DNA of 41,951 nt, from contig JBJMHS010000016.1 of NCBI GenBank assembly GCA_045807245.1, positions 1 through 41,951 of the forward strand. The letters run 5' to 3'. Both the position numbers and the translations under genes were made by a program. This document shows positions 27,064-36,182 of the stretch, piece by piece. The DNA comes from Actinomycetales bacterium (GTDB lineage: Bacteria; Actinomycetota; Actinomycetes; Actinomycetales; CAVURS01). Numbering within the stretch: position 1 is the first letter of the stretch; every line of letters starts with the position of its first letter. The notes under the pieces were generated by a model. It had not been told where the DNA came from. It did no database searches and was given only the letters and a program-made list of their open reading frames with translations.

Positions 27064-29221
27064 TGCTCGTCGCGATGACGAGGGGGATCGCCAAGGTCGC
27101 GCTGACCGCCGGGATGGCGGTGCCGGAGTCGTTGAGCGCGAAGCCGATCACCCACATCACCAGCCCTGACAGCAGCCCGGCTCGCAGCACTGGTGAGCGG
27201 TCGAAGGCCCGCTGCAGCGCGTTGGCTCCCCACGAGCTCGGCCGCAGCAGCACCAGGATGACGAACAGGACGCCCACGGGCACCAGTAGCGACAGGATGT
27301 TGCTGAACAGGATGTCGATGTTCTGAGCCAGCTTGCGCTTCATGACGTCCCAGGCGCCGCCGTCGATGACGGTCTGCACGAACTTGCCCAGGTGTGACTG
27401 GTCCGCGGTCGGGCGCAGCCAGTCCAGGATCGACACGACGGAGACGACGGCAACGGTGCCGAACAGGATCAGCAGCACCCGCCGGAGATTGAGACGGATG
27501 CCCAGCACGGCGAAGGTGAGGAACGCGAAGGCCGGGATGCTCGCCGGGGGCCCGCCGAAGTCGCTGCCCCAGGCCGGCCAGGCGTCGACGACGACGACGA
27601 ACGCGCCGACCGCGACCACGATGAGCCCGGCCAGCCGCCGCCGGTCGGCCCGCACGAGAGGGTCGGCCAGCGCCGTGGCGAGCAGCAGGCCCGCGGTCGC
27701 GAACAGCGCATACGTGACGTTGCCCATGCCGTAGAACCGTCCGGCCACGACCGGCTGCAGACCCATCAGGGTGGACAGCTGCAGCCGCGACCCGAACATC
27801 ACGTCGAGAGCCAGCACGGCGAGGGTCACGACGGCGACGACGCTGACGTCACCGAGCGGGTGGCGGCGCCACGGCCCGAGTGTGGCCAGCGCGAAGACCA
27901 CCAGTGCGTACGCCGCGACGACGAGCGGCAGCAGTATCAGCGGATGGCTCCCGCGCCACCACGGCACGGTGTTGGCGAGGAACGTCGCGACCGGCACGGC
28001 GGCGAACAGCAGGGCCACGCGCCGGACGGTGCGCAACGTCCGTTCGCGGCCGCGCTCGCCCGTCCAGCGGCGGCGCAGAGCGATGGCCGCGAACCCGTAG
28101 AGCAGCAGCTGGGCCAGGACGAGACCGGTGAAGAAGCGAGGTACGGCGGTGTGCACCTGCTGGGCGGCCGCGTCGTAGTCGAGCAGGTCTCGACGCCGCT
28201 CCGTCACGCCGGGGGTGTCCCCCCGGTGCTCGAGCGGCGACCCGCCGAGCGTGTCCGGGACCGGTACGCCGAGCTGAGCCAGGATGGTGGGCGTGATGTC
28301 GGTCAGCTGAACCAGAGCCGGCTGCCGGGTCGAGGACGCATAGAGTATGCCCGGGCCGAAACCGTTGCCCCGCATGGCAACCACGCGCAGGTGGGGGATC
28401 CGAGAGGAGTCGGCGAGACCGACGAGCAGCACGGTCGCAGTCGACGGCGTCTGCGCGAGCACGCCCCCGACGTTGGAGTCCACGGCGCTCAGCTGTTCGG
28501 CGGCGGGGATGCCGTTGCTCGGTTGCCCGGCCAGCAGGGCGTTGGGCCCGATGACGCCGCCCGCGTCGACCACAGTGAGCGGACAGCGCGTGATGGCCGG
28601 GCCCACCTCCGTCCTGAGGCCGGCTGCCGGCTGGTAGGCCGCGACCCGGCCGTGCGCGTCGGCGAGGGCGATCGCGGCGCCCGGCCCGATGGCCGTGGCG
28701 CAGACACCCGCCTTGCTCAGCTGGGCCTGCAGCAGGCCCAGGCTCGGGTCGAAGTTCGACTTCGCGGCCTGTGCGGCGTACACCGACCAGTCGGGGACGG
28801 TCGCTGGCCACGGGCCGAATTCGGCGCCGCGCAACGGTGCAATGCTCGGTTCGGCGAGAGGGCGGCAGGCCGCCGGCTGCCCGGCGTACGGCGTGCGGAT
28901 GTCGGCCGCTCGTTGCCCTGCGTTGACCGTGAGCCAGCCGTCGACCGGGCACGTGGTCGGGTAGACGCTTCGGACCGTGACCGTTGCGGTCGAACCGTGC
29001 TCGAGGAGCGACCACAGGTGCGGCGTCGCGCTCGGCGTGACCTGGTTCCACTGCACGCCGGCGATGCCGATGACGACGAGTGGGTGGGCCGGAGCGAGTG
29101 CCGTGAGCCGTTGCGATGCGGTCGCCGGTGCCGACGAGACGCCGGTGGCGAGGGCCGAAAGGCCCACCGCGGCGGCCGTCCAGCGGGCGGCCCGACGACG
29201 CAGCGAGAACGACGTCGGCAT
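26987..29221 (-). CDS. Large membrane protein: signal peptide, alkaline-phosphatase-like extracellular domain and multi-TM C-terminal domain
   Basis: 744 aa. LVVIGIAGV..TPHLW.L, GWLTVNAG and VQLTDITPTILAQLG resemble the AP/sulfatase fold. TM domain carries GRFYGMGN, WGSDFGG, SHLGKF, LNDSG. Confidence 0.7.
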   Translation of the reverse strand: MPTSFSLRRRAARWTAAAVGLSALATGVSSAPATASQRLTALAPAHPLVVIGIAGVQWNQVTPSATPHLWSLLEHGSTATVTVRSVYPTTCPVDGWLTVNAGQRAADIRTPYAGQPAACRPLAEPSIAPLRGAEFGPWPATVPDWSVYAAQAAKSNFDPSLGLLQAQLSKAGVCATAIGPGAAIALADAHGRVAAYQPAAGLRTEVGPAITRCPLTVVDAGGVIGPNALLAGQPSNGIPAAEQLSAVDSNVGGVLAQTPSTATVLLVGLADSSRIPHLRVVAMRGNGFGPGILYASSTRQPALVQLTDITPTILAQLGVPVPDTLGGSPLEHRGDTPGVTERRRDLLDYDAAAQQVHTAVPRFFTGLVLAQLLLYGFAAIALRRRWTGERGRERTLRTVRRVALLFAAVPVATFLANTVPWWRGSHPLILLPLVVAAYALVVFALATLGPWRRHPLGDVSVVAVVTLAVLALDVMFGSRLQLSTLMGLQPVVAGRFYGMGNVTYALFATAGLLLATALADPLVRADRRRLAGLIVVAVGAFVVVVDAWPAWGSDFGGPPASIPAFAFLTFAVLGIRLNLRRVLLILFGTVAVVSVVSILDWLRPTADQSHLGKFVQTVIDGGAWDVMKRKLAQNIDILFSNILSLLVPVGVLFVILVLLRPSSWGANALQRAFDRSPVLRAGLLSGLVMWVIGFALNDSGTAIPAVSATLAIPLVIATSITALGSAGDPPGAPTPPAGPIPRTA

Positions 29222-29265
29222 CGGTCCAGGCTACGGGCTGGGCGGGGTTGGGCGAGAATGTCCGG

Positions 29266-30570
29266 ATGGGCATGCGCCGTCCGGACCGCCGCGCCGTCGG
29301 CATCTGGACCTTGGCCGTCCTGCTCACTGCCGCCGGGGTCGCGCCGCTCGTCCATCACTACCTCGTGAGCTGGCCACAGGACCAGTGGCAGGTCGACCTC
29401 GAGGTCTACCGGGAGGCCGGCCGCTCCATCCTGTTCGGCCGGCCGATCTATGACGTCCTGACCGAGCCGCCGCAGCTCTTGCCCTTCACCTACCCGCCGT
29501 TCGCCGCGCTGGTCGCCGTACCGATCGCTGTGCTCCCGTTCGGCACCGCGGCCTGGATCTGGACCGCGGGCCAGGTGGCGGCCAGCGGCGCCACGGTGTG
29601 GATCGCGGGGCGCCCGCTCCTGTCGCGTGCCGGAGCGTGGCGCCCGGTCGCGACAGCGGTCCTGACCGTCGTGATGGTCTGGCTGCATCCGCTGTCCGAC
29701 GGCATCCGGTTCGGTCAGGTCAACGCGTTCATCGTGCTGTTCTGCCTGCTCGACCTGGTCGTCCTGAAGCCGCGCTGGATGCGTGGGCTGCTGATCGGGC
29801 TGATGACGGCGGTCAAGCTGACGCCGGGCACGTTCCTGCTCTTCTTCCTGGCGGTACGGCGGTGGCGCACCGCCGCGGGCATCGTGATCGGCGCTGTGGG
29901 GGCCACCGTCGTGGCGCTGTTCGTCCTGCCGGAAGCCTCGCTCGCGTACTGGGGCGGCGCGCTGCAGGACCCGAACCGGCTGGGCCCCAACGGCGGCACC
30001 TCGAACCAGTCGATCCGGGGCTTCCTCATCCGGCTCGGCCCGCCGGGCCCGCTCGGAGTCGTCGTCTGGGTCGCGCTCGCAGTGGCGGTGCTGTGGTTCG
30101 GGTTCGTGATCGCGCGGGAGGCCGAGCGCCGAGGGCAGACCGCCTTGCAGGTGGGCACGATCGGCCTGGTCGCGGTGCTCGTCTCGCCCGTGTCCTGGAT
30201 CCACCACCTGGCCTGGCTGGCGGTCGTGATCCCGGCGCTGCTCGGCGACGGGCGGGACCGGGTGCGGTGGGGTTTCGCCGTCGTACTCACCGGGTGGTTC
30301 CTGTGCCGGCTCCCGTGGTGGGGCGTGACGTGGCGCGCCCGGCACACGACGACCGAGTTCTTCGGCAAGGCCATGCAGAACGCCGACACGGTCGGCGCTG
30401 TGCTGGCTCTGGTGTTCATCTGGCTTGCGCTGCAACGGGTTCCGCTGCCGGCGGCCGCGCTAGACGGGCAGGTCCACACCGGTCGCCTGGAGGGCCGTGA
30501 TGGCGGCCAGAAGCAAGCAAAGCGTGCCGCCGACCCGGCGGATCGTCACCAGACGCATGTGGCGCAGTAG
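29266..30570 (+). CDS. Glycosyltransferase family 87 (DUF2029; PimE/MptC-like)
   Basis: VDLEVYR, PFTYPPFAAL, GQVN, KLTPG, NQS, SPVSWIHH. Start ATG 29266 (or 29272). Confidence 0.88.
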   Translation: MGMRRPDRRAVGIWTLAVLLTAAGVAPLVHHYLVSWPQDQWQVDLEVYREAGRSILFGRPIYDVLTEPPQLLPFTYPPFAALVAVPIAVLPFGTAAWIWTAGQVAASGATVWIAGRPLLSRAGAWRPVATAVLTVVMVWLHPLSDGIRFGQVNAFIVLFCLLDLVVLKPRWMRGLLIGLMTAVKLTPGTFLLFFLAVRRWRTAAGIVIGAVGATVVALFVLPEASLAYWGGALQDPNRLGPNGGTSNQSIRGFLIRLGPPGPLGVVVWVALAVAVLWFGFVIAREAERRGQTALQVGTIGLVAVLVSPVSWIHHLAWLAVVIPALLGDGRDRVRWGFAVVLTGWFLCRLPWWGVTWRARHTTTEFFGKAMQNADTVGAVLALVFIWLALQRVPLPAAALDGQVHTGRLEGRDGGQKQAKRAADPADRHQTHVAQ

Positions 30571-31077
30571 CCATCGGCCGGCGACGGCGCCCACTGCGGA
30601 GACGAGCAGCAACCCGCCCCACGCACCGATGAACACGGACACGGGGTGTCCACCGCGGACGACCAACCCTGCGGTGAGCAGCTGGCTCAGGTCGCCCCAC
30701 TCCGCGACGAAGAGGATGAGGAAGCTGGTCGTCACGGCGCGCAGACCGGTGGCGGGTGCGGCGGCCTTGCCGGCGAACTCGGCCTCGGTCTCGGCCTCCT
30801 GCTCGTCGGCGCGTCGGGCGCCGTGCAGGAGGACGACCCCTCCGACCAGGAACAGCGCGGCCGCGACGGCGGTCACCGGCCGGTGCGGCAGCTCGGCGAT
30901 GACCCGCCCCAGGGTGACGGCGACGACGGTCTGGACCCCGAAGGCCAGACCCACTCCCACCCAGACGGCCAGCGGCCGGTATCGGGTCGCGAGAACGAGC
31001 GTCGCCACGAAGGTCTTGTCAGGGAGCTCGACGGGCACGACCAGGACGAAGGCCGTCAGGATCACCGAAAGGCTCAT
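30460..31077 (-). CDS. TMEM165/GDT1 (UPF0016) family Mn2+/Ca2+ transporter
   Basis: Two repeats with motifs ELPDKT and EWGDLSQ; about 6 TM. Confidence 0.92.
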   Translation of the reverse strand: MSLSVILTAFVLVVPVELPDKTFVATLVLATRYRPLAVWVGVGLAFGVQTVVAVTLGRVIAELPHRPVTAVAAALFLVGGVVLLHGARRADEQEAETEAEFAGKAAAPATGLRAVTTSFLILFVAEWGDLSQLLTAGLVVRGGHPVSVFIGAWGGLLLVSAVGAVAGRWLLRHMRLVTIRRVGGTLCLLLAAITALQATGVDLPV

Positions 31078-31112
31078 TGCCTCATGACCTTAGGCGGTGG
31101 TAGGCAGCGACC

Positions 31113-32468
31113 ATGACCTCAGCCCCGACGTACCGCTACATCCTCCCCGAGTCGGAGATGCCGACCCAGTGGTACAACCTCGTGCCCGACCTGCCGTCGC
31201 CCCCGCCTCCGCCGCTGCACCCCGGAACGCTGCAGCCGATCGGACCGGACGACCTGGCGCCCCTCTTCCCGATGGACCTGATCAGGCAAGAGGTCACGGG
31301 CGAGCGATACGTCGACATCCCCGAGGAGGTGCAGGAGGTCTACCGGCTGTGGCGGCCGTCGCCGTTGCACCGAGCGCACCGGCTCGAGGCGGCGCTCGAC
31401 ACCCCGGCGCACATCTACTACAAGTACGAGGGCGTCTCGCCTGCCGGCTCGCACAAGCCGAATACCGCTGTGCCGCAGGCCTTCTACAACAAGAAGGCGG
31501 GCGTACGCCGGCTCACGACCGAGACGGGTGCGGGTCAGTGGGGCACGGCGCTGGCGTTCGCGTGTGCCGTCTACGGTCTGGACTGCGAGGTCTGGCAGGT
31601 CGGAGCGTCATACGACCAGAAGCCGTACCGGCGACTCCTGATGGAGACGTACGGCGCCACCGTGCATCGGTCACCGTCGCGGCTGACGGCGGCCGGCCGG
31701 GCGTTCGACGAGGGGCATCCGGGGTCGCTGGGCATCGCCATCTCCGAGGCGGTCGAGGTGGCGGCGCAGGCCGACGACGTGAAGTACGCCCTTGGGTCGG
31801 TGCTGAACCACGTGCTGATGCACCAGACCGTGATCGGTCAGGAGGCCTTGAAGCAGTTCGAGATGGCCGGCGAGACGCCGGACGTGATCGTCGGCTGCAC
31901 CGGAGGTGGCTCGAACTTCGGTGGGCTCGCGTTCCCGTTCCTGCGCGAGAAGCTGGCCGGGCGGATGTCACCGGTCATCCGGGCGGTCGAACCGGCGGCT
32001 TGCCCGTCTCTGACCCGAGGTGAGTACCGGTACGACTTCGGCGACACGGCCGGCATGACTCCGCTGCTCAAGATGCACACGCTCGGGCACGACTTCGTTC
32101 CCGATCCCATCCACGCGGGCGGGTTGCGCTATCACGGCATGTCGCCGCTTCTGTCCCACGTCTACGAGCTCGGCTTGATCGAGGCGATCGCGGTGCCGCA
32201 GGACGAGTGCTTCGCTGCGGCCCTGCAGTTCGCCCGGGCCGAGGGGATCGTGCCGGCCCCCGAGCCGACCCATGCGCTGGCCGCGTGCGTGCGGGAGGCG
32301 ATGGCGGCCAAGGAGAGCGGCGAGCCGCGGGTCATCCTCACGGCACTGTGTGGTCACGGGCTGCTCGACCTCACGGCGTACGAGGCCTACCTCGCCGGTG
32401 AGCTGGAGGACAACGTGCTGTCGGAGGAGGTGCTGCAGGCGAGTCTCGCGACCGTCCCCTCAGTCTGA
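31113..32468 (+). CDS. trpB2: TrpB-like PLP enzyme (tryptophan synthase beta, type 2)
   Basis: [62 protein letters not shown]; 451 aa, no trpA adjacent. Confidence 0.93.
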   Translation: MTSAPTYRYILPESEMPTQWYNLVPDLPSPPPPPLHPGTLQPIGPDDLAPLFPMDLIRQEVTGERYVDIPEEVQEVYRLWRPSPLHRAHRLEAALDTPAHIYYKYEGVSPAGSHKPNTAVPQAFYNKKAGVRRLTTETGAGQWGTALAFACAVYGLDCEVWQVGASYDQKPYRRLLMETYGATVHRSPSRLTAAGRAFDEGHPGSLGIAISEAVEVAAQADDVKYALGSVLNHVLMHQTVIGQEALKQFEMAGETPDVIVGCTGGGSNFGGLAFPFLREKLAGRMSPVIRAVEPAACPSLTRGEYRYDFGDTAGMTPLLKMHTLGHDFVPDPIHAGGLRYHGMSPLLSHVYELGLIEAIAVPQDECFAAALQFARAEGIVPAPEPTHALAACVREAMAAKESGEPRVILTALCGHGLLDLTAYEAYLAGELEDNVLSEEVLQASLATVPSV

Positions 32469-32485
32469 CGGTGAGCCCATTGCGT

Positions 32486-32509
32486 CGACTATGACAAGTG
32501 TCATAGTCG
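32486..32509. promoter_or_regulatory. Perfect palindromic operator CGACTATGACA-AG-TGTCATAGTCG
   Basis: 11-bp perfect arms just upstream of TAGGCT (-10, 32515) and ATG 32528; core ATGAC-N4-GTCAT recurs at 34012. Confidence 0.8.
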
Positions 32510-32527
32510 CGCGCTAGGCTCTGGGTC

Positions 32528-33478
32528 ATGGCCGAACCGCGTCTCGGGTTCCTGGGCATCGGGCTGATGGGCCGGCCCATGGCGCTCAACCTGGCCCGGG
32601 CCGGGACGGCGCTCACCATCTGGAACCGCACGCCCGGCAAGGCCGACGAGCTCCGCGTCGCCGGAGCCGCGGTGGCCGAGACGCCGGACGACGTCTTCGC
32701 GGCGAGCGACGTCGTGTTCGAGATGCTGGCCACGGAGTCGGCGATCGACGAAGTGCTCGGGCGTCACGAGTCGGGCTTCCGGGTCCCGATCGCCGGCCGG
32801 ACCCTCGTGCACATGGGTACGACGGCACCCGAGTACTCGGCGACGCTCGAGGCAGCCGTGCGGCAGGCAGGTGGCCGGTACGTCGAGGCGCCGGTCTCGG
32901 GCTCACGCGGCCCGGCCCAGCGCGGTGAGCTCGTGATCATGCTGGCCGGAGACCGGGACGCCGTGGCGCAGGTCGAACGGCTGGTCGCACCGCTGGCCCG
33001 GCAGACGACCCGCTGCGGTGCGGTGCCGAACGCGCTGCTGATGAAGCTGGCCGTCAACCTCTACCTGATCACCATGGTGACCGGACTGGCCGAGTCGGTG
33101 CATCTCGCGAAGGCGTCCGGACTGGACCTCGACCTGCTCGCCAGGGTGCTGGATGCCGGACCCATGGCGAGCAACGTCTCGACGGCGAAGCTGGCCAAGC
33201 TGCTCGGCGCCGACTATTCCGCCCAGGCGGGCGCACACGACGTGTTCAAGAACGCGCGGCTGGTCGCGGCTGCCGCCCGGGCCGCCGGAGTGGCGTCACC
33301 GGTCCTCGACGTGTGCCGCGACCTGTTCGCCGAGACCGTGGCATTGGGGCACAGCGACGAGGACATGGTCGCCGTGATCCGGGCGATCGCAGCGCGTCGT
33401 ACCGGTCAGGCGACTGCGTCGTCCAGGAGTGGCCCCAGCTCTCGGACGACAGTGGCCAGCGGACGCGTCGAGCCGTGA
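32528..33478 (+). CDS. NAD(P)-dependent beta-hydroxyacid dehydrogenase (3-hydroxyisobutyrate dehydrogenase family)
   Basis: GFLGIGLMGRPMA.NL, WNRT, EAPVSGS, MKLAVN. Confidence 0.9.
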   Translation: MAEPRLGFLGIGLMGRPMALNLARAGTALTIWNRTPGKADELRVAGAAVAETPDDVFAASDVVFEMLATESAIDEVLGRHESGFRVPIAGRTLVHMGTTAPEYSATLEAAVRQAGGRYVEAPVSGSRGPAQRGELVIMLAGDRDAVAQVERLVAPLARQTTRCGAVPNALLMKLAVNLYLITMVTGLAESVHLAKASGLDLDLLARVLDAGPMASNVSTAKLAKLLGADYSAQAGAHDVFKNARLVAAAARAAGVASPVLDVCRDLFAETVALGHSDEDMVAVIRAIAARRTGQATASSRSGPSSRTTVASGRVEP

Positions 33479-33993
33479 ACGCGAGCCAGGACAACGGCCC
33501 CCTCGAGCGTGCTCAGCATGAGCGTCGCCAGCGGCCGGCAACGTGGCCGAGGCACGCCGGTCGTCCGCAACGCATCCGCGACGGCGCCCTCCCACCGGGT
33601 CAGCGCCGCCCGCAACGGCTCCGTGAGCGCAGCATCACCGGCGAGGCTGTCGGCCGCAGTCGCCATCAGCGGACAGCCTCGCTCGAAGTCGTGCCGGGAG
33701 AGCTCGCGTCTCCAGTACTCCGCGAGGTGTGCGAACAGGCCGGACGGTGTGGGCCGCCGGGCGCTCTGCCCGTACCGAGCGACCCAGCCAGCGGCGAAGT
33801 CGCCGGCGAAGCCGAGAGCGTCGCTGACCAGCTGGTCCTTCCCGTCCGGGAAGTAGTGCTGGAACGAGCCCCGCGGCGCGTCCGCCCGCTCCACGACGTC
33901 CCGGACGCCGGTGCCCGTGACGCCGCGCTCCCGGATCAGCTGGGCGGCGCTGTAGACCATGCGTTCCCGCGGCGACCATGCCCTTGCGGCCAT
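33406..33993 (-). CDS. TetR/AcrR family regulator (LmrA/YxaF-like C-terminus)
   Basis: RERMVYSAAQLIRERGV.GTGVRDVV..A.APRGSFQHYFPDGKDQL; GCP; LEGAVVL. Confidence 0.92.
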   Translation of the reverse strand: MAARAWSPRERMVYSAAQLIRERGVTGTGVRDVVERADAPRGSFQHYFPDGKDQLVSDALGFAGDFAAGWVARYGQSARRPTPSGLFAHLAEYWRRELSRHDFERGCPLMATAADSLAGDAALTEPLRAALTRWEGAVADALRTTGVPRPRCRPLATLMLSTLEGAVVLARVHGSTRPLATVVRELGPLLDDAVA

Positions 33994-34011
33994 CGGCTCT
34001 ACCCTCGTTCC

Positions 34012-34025
34012 ATGACGCTCGTCAT
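34012..34025. promoter_or_regulatory. Operator-like palindrome ATGAC-GCTC-GTCAT in the tetR / SCO6745-like divergent gap
   Basis: Same core and spacing as 32491-32504. Confidence 0.7.
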
Positions 34026-34052
34026 ATCAGGCTACCCAGCGCAGGGCTCCCG

Positions 34053-34934
34053 ATGACGCCGTACGACGAGGAGCTCGCCCGTCGCCTGTGGCGGCGTTAC
34101 GAGCTGATCCACGACGTCACCTACTTCAGCCCGCATGTCGTCCGGCGCGCGGCGGACCTCGGACTGCCCGGGTTCTGGATGGGCTACTTCGCGCTGCGGT
34201 CCGCCCCTCTCGGTCCGGTCGTCCCGGCGGCCGTGGTGGCGTCGTTCTACGGCTTCCACCCCAGCCGGGTCCTGCGCGCCCTACCGGATGCCTGGACGTA
34301 CACGACCCCGGCCGCGGCGCTCGCAGCCCGCGAGACCGGCGTCGATGCGGCGTTGGCCGAGCTGGACCTCGACGAAGCGCTCGTGGCGGACGCGGCCGAC
34401 CTGGCCTGGCGGGCGGCGCAGGGGGCCGACACCGCCGGGAGACCACTCGCGGCGGCCAACTACGCGCTCCCGCGGCCGCTCACCGCACGAGCCGCGCTCT
34501 GGCAGGCCACCGCCGTGCTGCGCGAACACCGCGGCGACGGACATGTCGCGGCGCTGGTGAGCCGGGGTGTCCGTCCCGTCGAGGCGCACTGGCTGAAGAT
34601 CGCGGCGGCCGAGACCGACCGCCAGTCGCTGGAGGTCAGCCGCGGCTTCCCGGCCGACGAGTGGCAGGCCGGGCTGACGGCGGTGCAGCAGCGCGGTTGG
34701 GTGGGTGCCACGGGAGATCTCACCGACGAGGGCAGAGCCGAGCACGAGGCGATCGAGGCCGCCACCGACCGAGCTGCGGCTCAGCCCTGGGCGGCCCTGG
34801 GCGGTACGGACGGTGAGCGCCTGGTCGAGCTGCTCGACCCGATCGCAAAGGCGGTCGTCGCGACCGGGCTCATCCCGACGTACAACCCGGTCGGTCTGCC
34901 GCTGGAAGAGATCGTGAACGACCGCCCGGTCTGA
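34053..34934 (+). CDS. SCO6745-like conserved actinobacterial protein
   Basis: ARRLW..YE.IH.VTYFSP, GYFA.RSAPLG, FYGFHP, GRPLAA, LREHRGDGHVAAL, IEAATD. Confidence 0.75.
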   Translation: MTPYDEELARRLWRRYELIHDVTYFSPHVVRRAADLGLPGFWMGYFALRSAPLGPVVPAAVVASFYGFHPSRVLRALPDAWTYTTPAAALAARETGVDAALAELDLDEALVADAADLAWRAAQGADTAGRPLAAANYALPRPLTARAALWQATAVLREHRGDGHVAALVSRGVRPVEAHWLKIAAAETDRQSLEVSRGFPADEWQAGLTAVQQRGWVGATGDLTDEGRAEHEAIEAATDRAAAQPWAALGGTDGERLVELLDPIAKAVVATGLIPTYNPVGLPLEEIVNDRPV

Positions 34935-34946
34935 GGGGGCACTCCT

Positions 34947-36182
34947 TCACGACATCTGGCCGGGATGCGCCTGGGCGAAGGCGACCGCCTGCGCAAGAAC
35001 CGTCTTCGCCGGTCGGCCCAGCGCACCGGCTGCGGCAGCGACGTCGTCGTACTCGGGCTGCACGTTCACCACCTGCCCGTGCGAGTCGTAGGCGAGCTTG
35101 ACCCGGATGGGCTGGCCGTCGACGTCCACCGTGTGCTCCCGTCGTTCGAGCGCCGTCTTGACGACGGCGGTCTCGCGGAGACCGATCGCGGTGGTCTCGG
35201 TGAGCACGATGCCGCGAACGTGTTCTCGCAGCATGGGATCGGGGCCGACCAGGACGTGCAGCGTGTGCGCCGGGCGCCCCTTCTTCATCAGGATCGCGGT
35301 GAGCCAGGCGTCCGACGCTCCGGCCGCCAGCAGTCGCTGCAGCACGCCCGGCCAGAGCCGTGGGTCGAGGTCGTCGACGTTGGTCTCGATCACCGTGCCG
35401 GCGGAGCCGTCCCCGTCACCGCGCGTGCGCGCCGTCGACCCGACCACCACGCGCAGGGCGCTGAGCCCCACGCCGGTGTGGCGGCTCCCGGCCCCGAGCC
35501 CGACCGCCTGCACGGTCATGACGGGCATCGCTCGAGTCCCGACGGCCAGGGTGGTCAGCAGGGCGGCCCCCGTCGGCGTACACAGCTCCTCGTCGACCGG
35601 ACCGCCGCGCGCATCGAGATCGCTGTGCCGCAACAGCTCGAGCACTGCCGGGCCGGGCACGGGGATGGGTCCGTGCGACGTCGCCGCGTGGCCGCCACCG
35701 AGGGAGATCGTGGACACGTAGAGCGCGTCCAGGTCGAGTGCTAGGTATCCCGCGCAGGCGCCGACGATGTCGGCAATCGAGTCGTGCGCTCCGACCTCGT
35801 GGAAGTGGATCTCGTCCGGCGACACACCGTGCACCGCCGCCTCGGCCTCGGCCAGCCGCTGGAAGGCTTGCAGCGCAAGGCTTTTCACCATCGGCTGGAG
35901 AGCTGAACGGTTGACGAGGTGCTGGATCTCGCCCCAGGTCCGGTGGGGCGCGTCGGTCTCGTGCGTGGTGACATGCGCCCGGGCGACGGCGAAGCCGCCC
36001 CGCTGCTCGTGCGTCACCTCGATGTCGACGGGTACGACGGCCGCGGCCGCCCGGCGCATGACGTCCGGGTCCAGCCCGAGCTCGCCCAGCACGCCGTGGA
36101 GCGCGCCCAGCAGCATGTCGCCGCTCGCACCGCTGCTGGCGTCGACCCAGGCGACGCGCCCCGTCGTACCGGTCAGGCTCAC
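34947..36182 (-). CDS. larC: Nickel-pincer cofactor biosynthesis protein LarC (Ni insertase)
   Basis: DASSGASGDMLLGAL, AEAAVHG...IHFHEVGAHDSIADIVG, HGPIPVP.PA, ELCTPTGAA, ETNVDD, MKKGRP, ETTAIGLR, PEYDD. Confidence 0.93.
   Translation of the reverse strand: MSLTGTTGRVAWVDASSGASGDMLLGALHGVLGELGLDPDVMRRAAAAVVPVDIEVTHEQRGGFAVARAHVTTHETDAPHRTWGEIQHLVNRSALQPMVKSLALQAFQRLAEAEAAVHGVSPDEIHFHEVGAHDSIADIVGACAGYLALDLDALYVSTISLGGGHAATSHGPIPVPGPAVLELLRHSDLDARGGPVDEELCTPTGAALLTTLAVGTRAMPVMTVQAVGLGAGSRHTGVGLSALRVVVGSTARTRGDGDGSAGTVIETNVDDLDPRLWPGVLQRLLAAGASDAWLTAILMKKGRPAHTLHVLVGPDPMLREHVRGIVLTETTAIGLRETAVVKTALERREHTVDVDGQPIRVKLAYDSHGQVVNVQPEYDDVAAAAGALGRPAKTVLAQAVAFAQAHPGQMS

Noticed and set aside
31078..31112. 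yybP-ykoY Mn riboswitch upstream of the TMEM165/GDT1 gene
   Set aside because: Only 35 bp separate it from the divergent trpB2 start; there is no room.
34947..36182. Programmed frameshift in larC (larC1/larC2)
   Set aside because: A single continuous 411-aa ORF contains both halves.
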